Below are positions 54,420 through 63,251 of a stretch of 64,000 nt of DNA, one piece after another; the stretch's first letter is position 1, and each line of letters opens with the position of its first letter. A program made the position numbers and the translations under genes. The stretch is from a bacterium (GTDB lineage: Bacteria; 4484-113): positions 80,089 to 144,088 of the forward strand of contig JAGGTK010000099.1 of the NCBI GenBank assembly GCA_021163765.1, read 5' to 3'. Under the pieces are notes generated by a model. That model was not told the origin of the DNA and did no database searches. It saw only the letters and a list, made by a program, of their open reading frames with translations.

Positions 54420-56618
54420 ATGGCCCAGAGCCGGCCCCTGGCTGCTGCGCGTCCTACGGCGCTGCTGGTTGCCCTGATATTCTTCCTGCTGCTATGCCCG
54501 CTGCCGGCGCGCGCGGCTCCTGGCGGAATCGTGCGCGACGAATGGGGCGTTCCGCACATCACCGCGGACACAATCCCGGAGCTATTCCGCATGCTTGGCT
54601 ACGCCACCGCCGAGGACCGGCTGGTGCAGGTCGACATCTCACGGCGCAAAGCCTGCGGCCAGCTTGCGGAAATAGGCGGCGAAGGATACCTGCGGGGTGA
54701 CATAGAGATGCGCCGGCTGAATCTGCGCAAGCTTGCCGGGCGCGACCTGGCCCGGCTGGCCGAAACCGCTCCTGATGCTCACGCGGCGCTGCTCGCCTAC
54801 GCTCAGGGAATCAATGACTGCGTGGCCGATGAAGGGCTGCCGCCCGAGTACTTCGCGCTGCCGGAGTTCACGCCGTGGCTTCCTGAGGATACGCTGGCAA
54901 TCGCGGCACTGATGCACGTCTACCTTTCCGGCGACCACTACGATGAGCTTGCCAGGCTGCGTGCCCGAAGGCGCGGCGGGGATTGGGCGCTGATGCAGGA
55001 GACGCTTGATGGTCTCGCGGCGCGGCGGGAATGGTGCTCAGCAATCGCTGAACCGTGGGACGGGCTTACGCTGATGTCTGGTTGCGGTGATAGCGGACGG
55101 GTGCTGGGAAGCAACGCCTTCGTGGTTTCGGGGGAGCTCACCGCCAACGGGCGTCCCATTGTCGCAGGCGACCCGCACCTGGACGTGACCTACCCCGGTA
55201 TCTGGTACGAAGTCGCGCTGGAAGTGCCTGGCGAGATGCGTGTGCGCGGGATAACAGTGCCGGGTGCCGCTCTCGTCGCGATGGGCGAGACTGCGAACTA
55301 CTCCTGGGCGCTAACCGCGCTGCAAGCGGACAATGAAGACATCCTCATCGTTCCCAGGGAAAACGTCGTTGCGGTCTTCGGCGGGGAACTCACATCCCGC
55401 GAGGAAACAATCCGCGTCCGCGATGGCCTGGCTGTCCGCGAAGAGAAGGCGACCATCCTTGACTCGCCGCTGGGGCCGGTTGTGGAAGCCGACGAGGACA
55501 GCTACTACATACTCCACTGGGCGGGCTTTTATCCCAACGACGAGGCGCTGGGCTACTTCTCCATCAACTGCGGGAGTTCGCTGGACGACTTCCAGGCGGC
55601 GCTCACAAAGCTCGCAACCCCCTGCAACTTTGTCTATGCGGATGTAAGCGGGAACATCGCCTACTTCGCTGCGGGATTAGTGCCCCGGCGGGATTACGAC
55701 GGGAATGATGCCCGGCTGGTTGCCACGCCGGAGCAGGCGGCGGATTACCACTGGGATTTCGTCCCGATTGAGGAAATGCCGCACGCCGTCAATCCACCTG
55801 AAGGCTTCCTGGTCACCTGCAACAACCCTCCGGCACTGACCGCATGCGGCCGGCCCGTGTTCCCCGGGAACTACGCCCCCGGGTACCGTGCACGGCGCAT
55901 TAGCGAGCTGATACTTGAAGGCGCAAGCGGCAGCAATCTCACATTGGAAGATGTAGCGCGAATACAACTGGACGTTCACTCCAGCTTTGCGGAAGAAGCC
56001 CTGCCTCCGCTCCTGAGCAGGCTTCGCTCACTGGAAGGCGGGATGCCCGGCGCTGAGCGCAAGGCGCTGCAAGTGCTGTCTGGGTGGGACTTCGAAGAAA
56101 ATACGCAATCGCATGGCGCGCCGCTATACGAGCTGATGCGGCGGGAGCTTACGGCATCCCTGCGAACCGCGCATCGCGTATCAGGTCATTATGACATCGC
56201 CCTCCTGGCCGCGCTGCAAGGGGCTGATTGGATATCGCTCAGTGATTCGGAGCTTTCAGCCGCATGGCATGGCGCGGTGGGCAGGGCACTGTCCCACGGC
56301 CGTTCAGGACTGCCGGCATACGGCGAAATCCACCGCCTGCCGCTGGTGAGCCCGCTTCCATTCTACGCCACGCAATCGCCAGGGATGCTGCCGGCGTCGG
56401 GCGGCTACCGCACGGTGAACGTGTCTGCGGTGCGGTGGGATGGCGCTTATTTACTCAAGAGTTTCGGTCCCACCGCGCGCCTGATAATGGCCCCTGGGGC
56501 AACAGGCGCTTACTGGTCGGCGCTTCCGGGCGGAAACAGCGGGCGCCCCAAAAGCCCCAACTGGGCTGACCAGGTGGCTCTATTCCTGGCTGGGGGATAC
56601 AAGTATCGGCGGCGCTGA
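54420..56618 (+). CDS. Penicillin/AHL acylase family Ntn-hydrolase (peptidase S45), secreted
   Basis: Signal ...LLVALIFFLLLCPLPARA. WGVPHI near the N-terminus. Autoprocessing/nucleophile site G-SNAFVVSG followed by GRPIVAGDPHL. The ATG is 2 nt after the upstream stop. Confidence 0.8.
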   Translation: MAQSRPLAAARPTALLVALIFFLLLCPLPARAAPGGIVRDEWGVPHITADTIPELFRMLGYATAEDRLVQVDISRRKACGQLAEIGGEGYLRGDIEMRRLNLRKLAGRDLARLAETAPDAHAALLAYAQGINDCVADEGLPPEYFALPEFTPWLPEDTLAIAALMHVYLSGDHYDELARLRARRRGGDWALMQETLDGLAARREWCSAIAEPWDGLTLMSGCGDSGRVLGSNAFVVSGELTANGRPIVAGDPHLDVTYPGIWYEVALEVPGEMRVRGITVPGAALVAMGETANYSWALTALQADNEDILIVPRENVVAVFGGELTSREETIRVRDGLAVREEKATILDSPLGPVVEADEDSYYILHWAGFYPNDEALGYFSINCGSSLDDFQAALTKLATPCNFVYADVSGNIAYFAAGLVPRRDYDGNDARLVATPEQAADYHWDFVPIEEMPHAVNPPEGFLVTCNNPPALTACGRPVFPGNYAPGYRARRISELILEGASGSNLTLEDVARIQLDVHSSFAEEALPPLLSRLRSLEGGMPGAERKALQVLSGWDFEENTQSHGAPLYELMRRELTASLRTAHRVSGHYDIALLAALQGADWISLSDSELSAAWHGAVGRALSHGRSGLPAYGEIHRLPLVSPLPFYATQSPGMLPASGGYRTVNVSAVRWDGAYLLKSFGPTARLIMAPGATGAYWSALPGGNSGRPKSPNWADQVALFLAGGYKYRRR

Positions 56619-56624
56619 TATAAT
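56616..56624 (+). promoter_or_regulatory. Extended -10 box TGATATAAT upstream of the CcdA-like gene
   Basis: Overlaps the acylase stop codon. 42 nt before ATG 56667, which has an AAGGAG SD. Confidence 0.4.
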
Positions 56625-56666
56625 ACCGGGCTATTCATATTACACGTGAATTATACAAGGAGATAG

Positions 56667-57605
56667 ATGAACCGCACCATTATTAAGGCGTTTAGCCACT
56701 CGCTTGCCTTTGTGCTGGGCTTTTCGATTATCTTCATAATCCTTGGCCTGCCGGCCAACCTGATAGGCGAAATAATCAACAAGCATCCCCGGTGGTTTGG
56801 TTACGTCGGGGGCGTCATAGTCATAATCCTGGGCCTGCACATCTTTCTCAGCACCTGGGGCCTGTCTCCGCTCAGGTTTCTTTATGTGGAGAAGAAGGCC
56901 CATGTTCAGGCGGGGAGCGGCTACCTGTCGTCGCTTCTAATCGGGATTACCTTCGCCGCCGGCTGGACGCCCTGCCTGGGGCCGATCCTGGCGGTCATTC
57001 TTACTCTCGCCGCCAGTTCTCCCGGCCAGGGTGTGCCAATGATGATTGCGTATTCACTGGGACTGGCGATTCCATTCCTCCTGGTGGCGCTGCTCATTGG
57101 CTCGGCGCTCGGCTTCATCCAGAGAATCGCGCGTTATGTGGGCGCAATCAACGTAGTCAGCTCGCTGCTGCTCATCGCTGTTGGCTTCGTGCTGTTTTTT
57201 GGCTTCCTGTCGCGTTCTTACACGGTTGACCCCGGCCTGCTGCTCCGCATCGCGCTCTATGTCGCTGCCGTGACACTGGTGTTGCTTGTGGTGCTGCTCG
57301 CTGCGAAATGGGTCGCTAAAGACCCGGAGATTGCGAAAAAGACGTTCGTTCCAGCGCTTGCCGCCGGGGCGGTATTCGGCCTGGCGGTATTCTTCTGGGG
57401 TGTGGCGCAACTGGTGATGCTTATGGGCGAAACCACGCTGAACGCTGAGGTCTGGCTGCAGGGGGCTGCGGTGAACCTGGGAATTGCGTTCGTAGCCGGC
57501 ATCGCCTCATTCCTCTCCCCCTGCGTCCTGCCAATGGTGCCGACGTATATACTGATAATCGGCGGGCTGTCGTTTGACGACATTCAGCCTAAGCCGGCGG
57601 CTTAG
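56667..57605 (+). CDS. CcdA/DsbD-family thiol-disulfide transporter, apparently circularly permuted (8 TM)
   Basis: Begins at the CcdA TM2-like segment HSLAFVLGFSIIFIILG. Contains the TM4 motif AAGWTPCLGPILAVIL. Ends with the TM1 motif GIASFLSPCVLPMVPTYILIIGG. An in-frame TAG lies immediately upstream of the ATG. Confidence 0.7.
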   Translation: MNRTIIKAFSHSLAFVLGFSIIFIILGLPANLIGEIINKHPRWFGYVGGVIVIILGLHIFLSTWGLSPLRFLYVEKKAHVQAGSGYLSSLLIGITFAAGWTPCLGPILAVILTLAASSPGQGVPMMIAYSLGLAIPFLLVALLIGSALGFIQRIARYVGAINVVSSLLLIAVGFVLFFGFLSRSYTVDPGLLLRIALYVAAVTLVLLVVLLAAKWVAKDPEIAKKTFVPALAAGAVFGLAVFFWGVAQLVMLMGETTLNAEVWLQGAAVNLGIAFVAGIASFLSPCVLPMVPTYILIIGGLSFDDIQPKPAA

Positions 57606-57659
57606 GAAGGCTTGCCGAGGGTTGTTCGGAGCGTAGCAGACGGCGTCCGCTAAGCGCGG

Positions 57660-58520
57660 CTAGGTTGCCGGTATGCTGGTCGTGAACTCGTCGGGGAATT
57701 CGCTCTGTGCGGCTTCTCCCTCGTCGGCCGGAGCCACTTCGAGCTTGGAACGGCATATGCCGCGCTCACTGCTTCGGTAGAATTCCAGCAGGTAGCTGAG
57801 TTCATCGCTTGATGGCAGCGTCTCCTCAATCTTGGCGATTGCCTTGGTCGTACTCAGGCTCTGTCGGTAGAGGATGTGGAACGCTTGGCGCAGGTGGAGC
57901 CTCACTTCTGGGTCCACTCCGCGCCGCTTCAGCCCGATGTTATTAACGTTAACGACCCTGGCCGGCGCCGGGCCGAATACCATCATGAACGGCGGAGCGT
58001 CCTGCATAAGGCCGCTTGTCCCGCCCACCATCGCAATCTTGCCCACGCGAACAAACTGGTGGACGACGGCCATCCCGCCCAGCACCGCGTAATCCTCAAT
58101 CGAGCAGTGGCCGCCCAGCGTGGCGAGGTTTGCCATAATCACTTCTTTGCCCACATGGCAGTCGTGCGCGATGTGCACGCCGGCCATCAGGAGTGACGAA
58201 TCCCCGACGCGCGTGACCGAGTCTTTTCTGCTTCCGCGGTTGATGGTGACGAACTCGCGGATTTGCACGCCGTCGCCGATCTCAACGTGTGAGATGTCCC
58301 CGTTGTACTTGAGATCCTGCGGCTCGGTGCCGATGACGGCGTGGGAGTATATCTTGCAGCCGGTGCCGATGGCCGTGTTCTCGCCGATGACCACGTGGCT
58401 GGCGATGTTCGTGTCCGCGCCTATGGCCACGTTTCGCCCGATGACCGAGTAGGCGCCGACTTCAACGCCCGGTTCGATACGGGCTTCAGGATGCACAATG
58501 GCGGTGCGATGTATAAGCAT
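57660..58520 (-). CDS. lpxA: Acyl-ACP--UDP-N-acetylglucosamine O-acyltransferase
   Basis: Left-handed beta-helix hexapeptide repeats colinear with E. coli LpxA: PQDLKY, VEIGD, IAHDCHVG, GGMAVVHQF, VGGTSGLMQDAPPF, GLKRRG. Confidence 0.9.
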   Translation of the reverse strand: MLIHRTAIVHPEARIEPGVEVGAYSVIGRNVAIGADTNIASHVVIGENTAIGTGCKIYSHAVIGTEPQDLKYNGDISHVEIGDGVQIREFVTINRGSRKDSVTRVGDSSLLMAGVHIAHDCHVGKEVIMANLATLGGHCSIEDYAVLGGMAVVHQFVRVGKIAMVGGTSGLMQDAPPFMMVFGPAPARVVNVNNIGLKRRGVDPEVRLHLRQAFHILYRQSLSTTKAIAKIEETLPSSDELSYLLEFYRSSERGICRSKLEVAPADEGEAAQSEFPDEFTTSIPAT

Positions 58521-58633
58521 ATCCGTTTCCAGATGGAGACTGTTGCTAAATGTTCGCGTTCTCGTGCTAAGAGTTAAACGAATGTGCTATATTTCTCTAT
58601 CCAGGAAACCGGGCCAGGGGGTTTATCGTCACA

Positions 58634-59398
58634 TTGAAGGCCAAGCCTGTATTTGACTTCACCGGCGGTGTCGCGCTGGTCACCGGCGCAAGCCGGGGCA
58701 TAGGCGCGGTAACCGCACGGATGCTTGGCGCCGGGGGCGCGAAGGTCTACGTCAACTACCTGACGCACGGGAGCGAAGCTGACAGCGTTGTCGCAGCCAT
58801 CCGGGATGCGGGCGGCTCGGCTGAAGCTGTGCGGTTCGACGTGTCCTCACCCCAGGAGGTGTCGCCCGCCATCGCGAGTATATTCGAGCGTGAGGAGGGT
58901 ATTGACTACCTGGTAAACAACGCCGGAGTCCGCTATAACAGCCTCACCCACGCGACCAGCGATAAGCTGTGGCAGGACTGCCTGAGGATCAATCTGGACG
59001 CGGCCTTTTGTGTTACGCGCCAGGTTGTCAAGTCGATGGCGCGGCGGCAGAAAGGCAGCATAGTAATTGTGAGCAGCATTGCCGGTTCCATTGGCAGTCT
59101 TGGCCAGAGCGCATACGCGGCGGCGAAAGCCGGCCTGGTGGGTTTCGCCAAGTCCGTGGCGCTTGAATACGGCCCCAAGGGTGTCCGCACCAATGTGGTT
59201 ATCCCGGGCATAATAAACACGGATATGACGAAGAACCTGCGCGAGGATTTCCGGAAGTCGGTGCTTGCCCAGATTCCCTGCAACCGCTTCGGCGAACCGG
59301 AGGAGGTTGCGGGGCCGATTTGCTTCCTGCTCTCGGACGCAGCGAGCTATATTAACGGCGCGACTCTGCACATCAACGGCGGTGGATCGCGCCTCTAG
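58634..59398 (+). CDS. fabG: 3-oxoacyl-ACP reductase
   Basis: ALVTGASRGIG, NNAG, SSIAGSIGSLGQSAYAAAKAG (S...YxxxK), PGIINTDM. TTG start, uncertain. Confidence 0.85.
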   Translation: MKAKPVFDFTGGVALVTGASRGIGAVTARMLGAGGAKVYVNYLTHGSEADSVVAAIRDAGGSAEAVRFDVSSPQEVSPAIASIFEREEGIDYLVNNAGVRYNSLTHATSDKLWQDCLRINLDAAFCVTRQVVKSMARRQKGSIVIVSSIAGSIGSLGQSAYAAAKAGLVGFAKSVALEYGPKGVRTNVVIPGIINTDMTKNLREDFRKSVLAQIPCNRFGEPEEVAGPICFLLSDAASYINGATLHINGGGSRL

Positions 59399-59429
59399 TG
59401 AAGGGCATTATGCAGAAGGGGAACTTCTA

Positions 59430-60683
59430 ATGAAGCGACGGGTGGCGATTACTGGAGTAGGCGCGGTGACAAGCTACGGGACGGGTTTGGCGCCACTGCT
59501 GGACTCTGTTTTCAGCGGAAAGAGCGGCGTTAGCCGCATAGACACATTCGACGTGAGCAAGTATCCGGTCCAGATCGGAGCCCTGCTAAACGAGTTTACC
59601 CCGGCGGACTTTATGAATCCCAAGGATGCCCGGCGCTACGACCTTTATATCTCTGTTTCGGTTGCCGCAGCGAAGATGGCTGTGGAGCACAGCGGGCTGG
59701 TGATAGACGACGGCAACCGTGACCGCGTTGGCGTGTACTTCGGAAGTGGCATCGGCGGCATCCGTACGATACTCAACCAGTCCAAGTCCCTGCTTGAAAG
59801 GGGCCCCGGTCGGGTAAGCCCCTTGTTCATCCCCAACAGCATCAGCAACTCCGGATCGGCCGTCATAGCGATGGAGCTGAACGTGACCGGCTCCAACTTC
59901 TGCATCGTCTCGGCATGCAGCACAAGCAACCACACCATCGGCGAAGGCTTCCGGGCGGTGCAGCACGGGTATCTGGACGTCTGCATTGCCGGAGGAGCCG
60001 AGACTGCGATTAACCCCCTTGGGCTGAGCGGCTTCTGCGTGATGAAAGCCATATCCCCAAGCTGGAATGACGAGCCGCACCGTGCCTCAAGGCCGTTCGA
60101 TGCCAAGCGTGACGGGTTCGTGATGGGCGAGGGCGGCGGGGCGATGGTGCTGGAAGCTTACGACGATGCGGTGGCGCGCGGCGCAAAGATCTACGGCGAG
60201 GTTGTGGGCTACGGCAGCAGTTGTGACGCCTACCATATCACCGCGCCCGCTCCGGGTGGCGTAGGGGCGGCGCACGCCATGGAGTTGGCGATTGCGGATG
60301 CCGGGATTGCGCAGGCCGATATCAGGTACATAAACGCGCACGGTACTTCAACAGAGCTCAACGACAAGAACGAAACCGAAGGTATCAAGCGCGCCTTCGG
60401 TGATTACGCATACAAGCTGAAGATTTCCTCAACCAAGTCGATGCACGCCCACCTGCTGGGCGCCGCCGGAGTCGTGGAGGGCATTGTCACCGTGGCCGCG
60501 CTCAACCGGCAAATCGTGCCGCCTACAATCAACTACGAGAATCCCGACCCGGAATGTGACCTCGATTACACGCCAAACGAGCCCGCACCGCTGGACTTCG
60601 AGTACGCGGTGAACAACTCGTTCGGCTTCGGCGGACATAACGCGGTGCTCGTCTTCCGGCGTGGCGAGCACGATCTGGCCTAA
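59430..60683 (+). CDS. fabF: 3-oxoacyl-ACP synthase II
   Basis: Start at ATG 59430 (MKRRVAITGVGAVTSYG). Active-site ACSTSNH, HGTST, NSFGFGGHNAVLVF. Confidence 0.9.
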   Translation: MKRRVAITGVGAVTSYGTGLAPLLDSVFSGKSGVSRIDTFDVSKYPVQIGALLNEFTPADFMNPKDARRYDLYISVSVAAAKMAVEHSGLVIDDGNRDRVGVYFGSGIGGIRTILNQSKSLLERGPGRVSPLFIPNSISNSGSAVIAMELNVTGSNFCIVSACSTSNHTIGEGFRAVQHGYLDVCIAGGAETAINPLGLSGFCVMKAISPSWNDEPHRASRPFDAKRDGFVMGEGGGAMVLEAYDDAVARGAKIYGEVVGYGSSCDAYHITAPAPGGVGAAHAMELAIADAGIAQADIRYINAHGTSTELNDKNETEGIKRAFGDYAYKLKISSTKSMHAHLLGAAGVVEGIVTVAALNRQIVPPTINYENPDPECDLDYTPNEPAPLDFEYAVNNSFGFGGHNAVLVFRRGEHDLA

Positions 60684-60704
60684 TTGGCTGGCTGGCTTAG
60701 CCCG

Positions 60705-61547
60705 TCAGTAGCTGATTACCTTCCATTCGTCGCTGCCGTTTACCTTGTGGCCGTTCAGGACATCGCTGTTGGCATGCGCCATCATCTGGCTCATCGTGAC
60801 GAAGGAGTAGCCTCGCCGCTGCAATGTCTCAATCAGGCGCGGCAGCATCTCAATCGTGGCTTCGGAGCCGTCGTGCATCAGGATGATCGAACCGGGCTGC
60901 ACTTCTTCGAGGACACGACGGTACATTGCGTGCTGCTCGCAATCCGGGGCGGTGTCGTTGGAGTTAATAGTCCACAGTCCCAGCGCCATGCCGTTTCGGT
61001 TCATCAGCTCAACCGTGAACTGGTTGTACCGTCCGCCGGGCGGCCGGAGCAGGCGCGGGCGCTTTCCGGTAATGTCGCAGATGAGGTTTGAGAACTCCTC
61101 TATCTGGTAAATCTGCTCGTCCAGCGGGAGATTCACCAGGCGGAAGTGGTCATAAGTGTGGCAGCCGATCTCGTGCCCCTCCTGGTGAATCATCTGCACC
61201 CATTCGGGATACCGTTCAGCCTGCACTCCCACCAGGAAAAACGTGGCAGGCAGCCGGTAGTAGCGGAGGATGGACAGGAGCCTGGCCGTGTAAAGCGGGT
61301 GCGGGCCGTCGTCGAAAGTCAGGGCGACTTCTTTGAGATACGGGTTGCCGCGGCGCAGTTCTTTGATTATCAGCTCGCCGTCGTCTCCCTGGTTGAAGTC
61401 CGCGATATTCTCGGGCAGCACGTCGTGGATAAACGGCAGCATCGGGTAGTCGTTGTCCTGGGTGTGAGCAGGGGTGTGCGCGCCGAGCATAAGCGCGGCG
61501 ATACAGCCAAAGAAGATGCCGGCCCGCCTGAACATGGGGGAGAACAT
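60705..61547 (-). CDS. Secreted polysaccharide (peptidoglycan-type) deacetylase, NodB homology domain
   Basis: Signal peptide. ALTFDDGP, TFFLVG, HEIGCHTYDH, LRPPGG, IILMHD motifs of CE4. Confidence 0.85.
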   Translation of the reverse strand: MFSPMFRRAGIFFGCIAALMLGAHTPAHTQDNDYPMLPFIHDVLPENIADFNQGDDGELIIKELRRGNPYLKEVALTFDDGPHPLYTARLLSILRYYRLPATFFLVGVQAERYPEWVQMIHQEGHEIGCHTYDHFRLVNLPLDEQIYQIEEFSNLICDITGKRPRLLRPPGGRYNQFTVELMNRNGMALGLWTINSNDTAPDCEQHAMYRRVLEEVQPGSIILMHDGSEATIEMLPRLIETLQRRGYSFVTMSQMMAHANSDVLNGHKVNGSDEWKVISY

Positions 61548-61723
61548 TATAAGCCTTCGCGCAGTGAATAACTAGGCTTGCCCGGCAGGATTGCAGCCGC
61601 AGGAAGCCGTTTGCGTGGCAAGATTAGGGCTGCTATGTGGGGGGCTGCCTGGATTTTATGGATTCAGAGCTTTGCACAGGGGCGCATTGCCTATACAATT
61701 AGGCTTTGCCTGTGGGGCGCCAT

Positions 61724-63031
61724 ATGTGCGAGACAATCCAAATCCGGGACGCGAAAGGACACATCGGCCAGAAGGTGCGGCTGCGAGGGTGGCTGCGCAA
61801 CAAGCGCAGCGGGAAAAACCTCCATTTCCTGATAGTGCGCGACGGCAGCGGCGAATTGCAGTGCGTGGCCGCAGGCGGGAGCCTGCCTGCTGACACGATG
61901 GGCCTGTGCGAACGGATGGGTATTGAGACGTCGCTTGAAGTATGCGGCGAGCTCAGCGCCGATGGCCGCGCGCCCGGCGGGGTGGAACTGCAGGTGTCGC
62001 AGATAGGCGTGCTGCAACTGGTCACAGACTACCCCATCACGAAGAAGGAGCACGGAACAGAATTCCTGATGGAGAACCGGCATCTGTGGCTGCGTTCGAG
62101 CAAGCAGATAGCGATAATGCGGGTGCGCGACGAGGTGGAGAAGGCCTGGGCCGATTTCTTCTACGACCGGGGCTTCGTGCGCGTGGACACGCCGATATTC
62201 ACCCCTAACGCCGTGGAGGGCACGACCACGCTGTTCGATGTGGACTACCACGGCGACAAGGCGTATCTCTCGCAGACAGGGCAGCTCTACAACGAGGCCA
62301 CGGCTGCCGCTCTGGGGCGCGTTTACTGCTTCGGCCCGACGTTCCGCGCGGAGAAGAGCAAGACCCGCCGCCACCTCCTGGAATTCTGGATGCTCGAAAT
62401 GGAAGCGGCGTTCTTTGACCACGAGGACAACATGCGCTTCCAGGAAGAACTGATACTCGATACTGTCCGAGCAGTGCTGGAGAACTGCGAAGCCGAACTG
62501 GAGACCCTTGAGCGTGGCACGGAGAAGCTTAAGGCGATTGAAGCGCCGTTTCCGCGCATGCACTACCGGGATGCGGTGAAGTTGATAAACGACAAGATGC
62601 CCGGTCGCGGGGAGGAGTTTGAGTATGGCTCCGATTTCGGTGCACCAGAGGAGACCTTTCTCGGCGAGCAGTTCGAGAGCCCCGTATTCATAACCAACTT
62701 CCCCGCGCACACAAAAGCGTTTTATATGAAGCGCGACCCGGATGATCCAGAGACCGTGCTTGCTTCCGACCTGCTGGGTCCGGAGGGATACGGCGAACTC
62801 ATCGGCGGGAGCCAGCGGGAGGACGACCTTGAGGTTATCCTTGAGCGGGTGAAGGAGTTCAAGCTGCCCGAAGAAGCGTTCCAGTGGTACTTCGACCTGC
62901 GCCGCTATGGCAGCGTCCCGCACTCAGGCTTCGGGATGGGGCTTGAACGCACGCTTACCTGGCTGTGCGGCGTGCCCCATATCCGTGAAACGATTGCGTT
63001 CCCGCGGATGCTTCATCATATGTACCCGTGA
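61724..63031 (+). CDS. asnS: Asparagine--tRNA ligase
   Basis: Class II motifs FGPTFRAEKSKTRRHLLEFWMLEME and GFGMGLERTLTWLCG. OB-fold N-terminus KVRLRGWLRNKR. About 435 aa. ATG 61724 chosen. Confidence 0.85.
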   Translation: MCETIQIRDAKGHIGQKVRLRGWLRNKRSGKNLHFLIVRDGSGELQCVAAGGSLPADTMGLCERMGIETSLEVCGELSADGRAPGGVELQVSQIGVLQLVTDYPITKKEHGTEFLMENRHLWLRSSKQIAIMRVRDEVEKAWADFFYDRGFVRVDTPIFTPNAVEGTTTLFDVDYHGDKAYLSQTGQLYNEATAAALGRVYCFGPTFRAEKSKTRRHLLEFWMLEMEAAFFDHEDNMRFQEELILDTVRAVLENCEAELETLERGTEKLKAIEAPFPRMHYRDAVKLINDKMPGRGEEFEYGSDFGAPEETFLGEQFESPVFITNFPAHTKAFYMKRDPDDPETVLASDLLGPEGYGELIGGSQREDDLEVILERVKEFKLPEEAFQWYFDLRRYGSVPHSGFGMGLERTLTWLCGVPHIRETIAFPRMLHHMYP

Positions 63032-63219
63032 TGGCGATGGAAGAATCTGAATTCAGCCGGAGAAAAATCATTAAAGCGCTGGAGGAGCTGAATACAGCAC
63101 TGGAGGGTCAATCACTCGACGACCTTTCGCCCGAAGTGGCGGACAAGGTCAGGCCATTGCGCAATAATGTGCGTTCGTTGCTCGAGCGTCTGCGTCAGGA
63201 GCGGGAAGAGCGGGACTGA
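63028..63219 (+). CDS. Small acidic coiled-coil hypothetical protein (63 aa)
   Basis: The ATG overlaps the asnS stop (GTGATGG). Helical heptad-like sequence. No family recognised. Confidence 0.3.
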   Translation: MMAMEESEFSRRKIIKALEELNTALEGQSLDDLSPEVADKVRPLRNNVRSLLERLRQEREERD

Positions 63220-63228
63220 TGCTAGAAT
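63220..63228 (+). promoter_or_regulatory. Extended -10 box TGCTAGAAT upstream of the ABC exporter gene
   Basis: 23 nt before ATG 63252. Confidence 0.4.
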
Positions 63229-63251
63229 AGGCGCACTTCGGTCAAGTGACT

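Noticed and set aside
61691-62923. 410-aa ORF on the minus strand
   Set aside because: It lies entirely antisense to asnS, whose class II synthetase motifs are unambiguous. Its translation is Arg/Ala/His/Leu-rich low-information sequence typical of shadow ORFs in GC-rich DNA.
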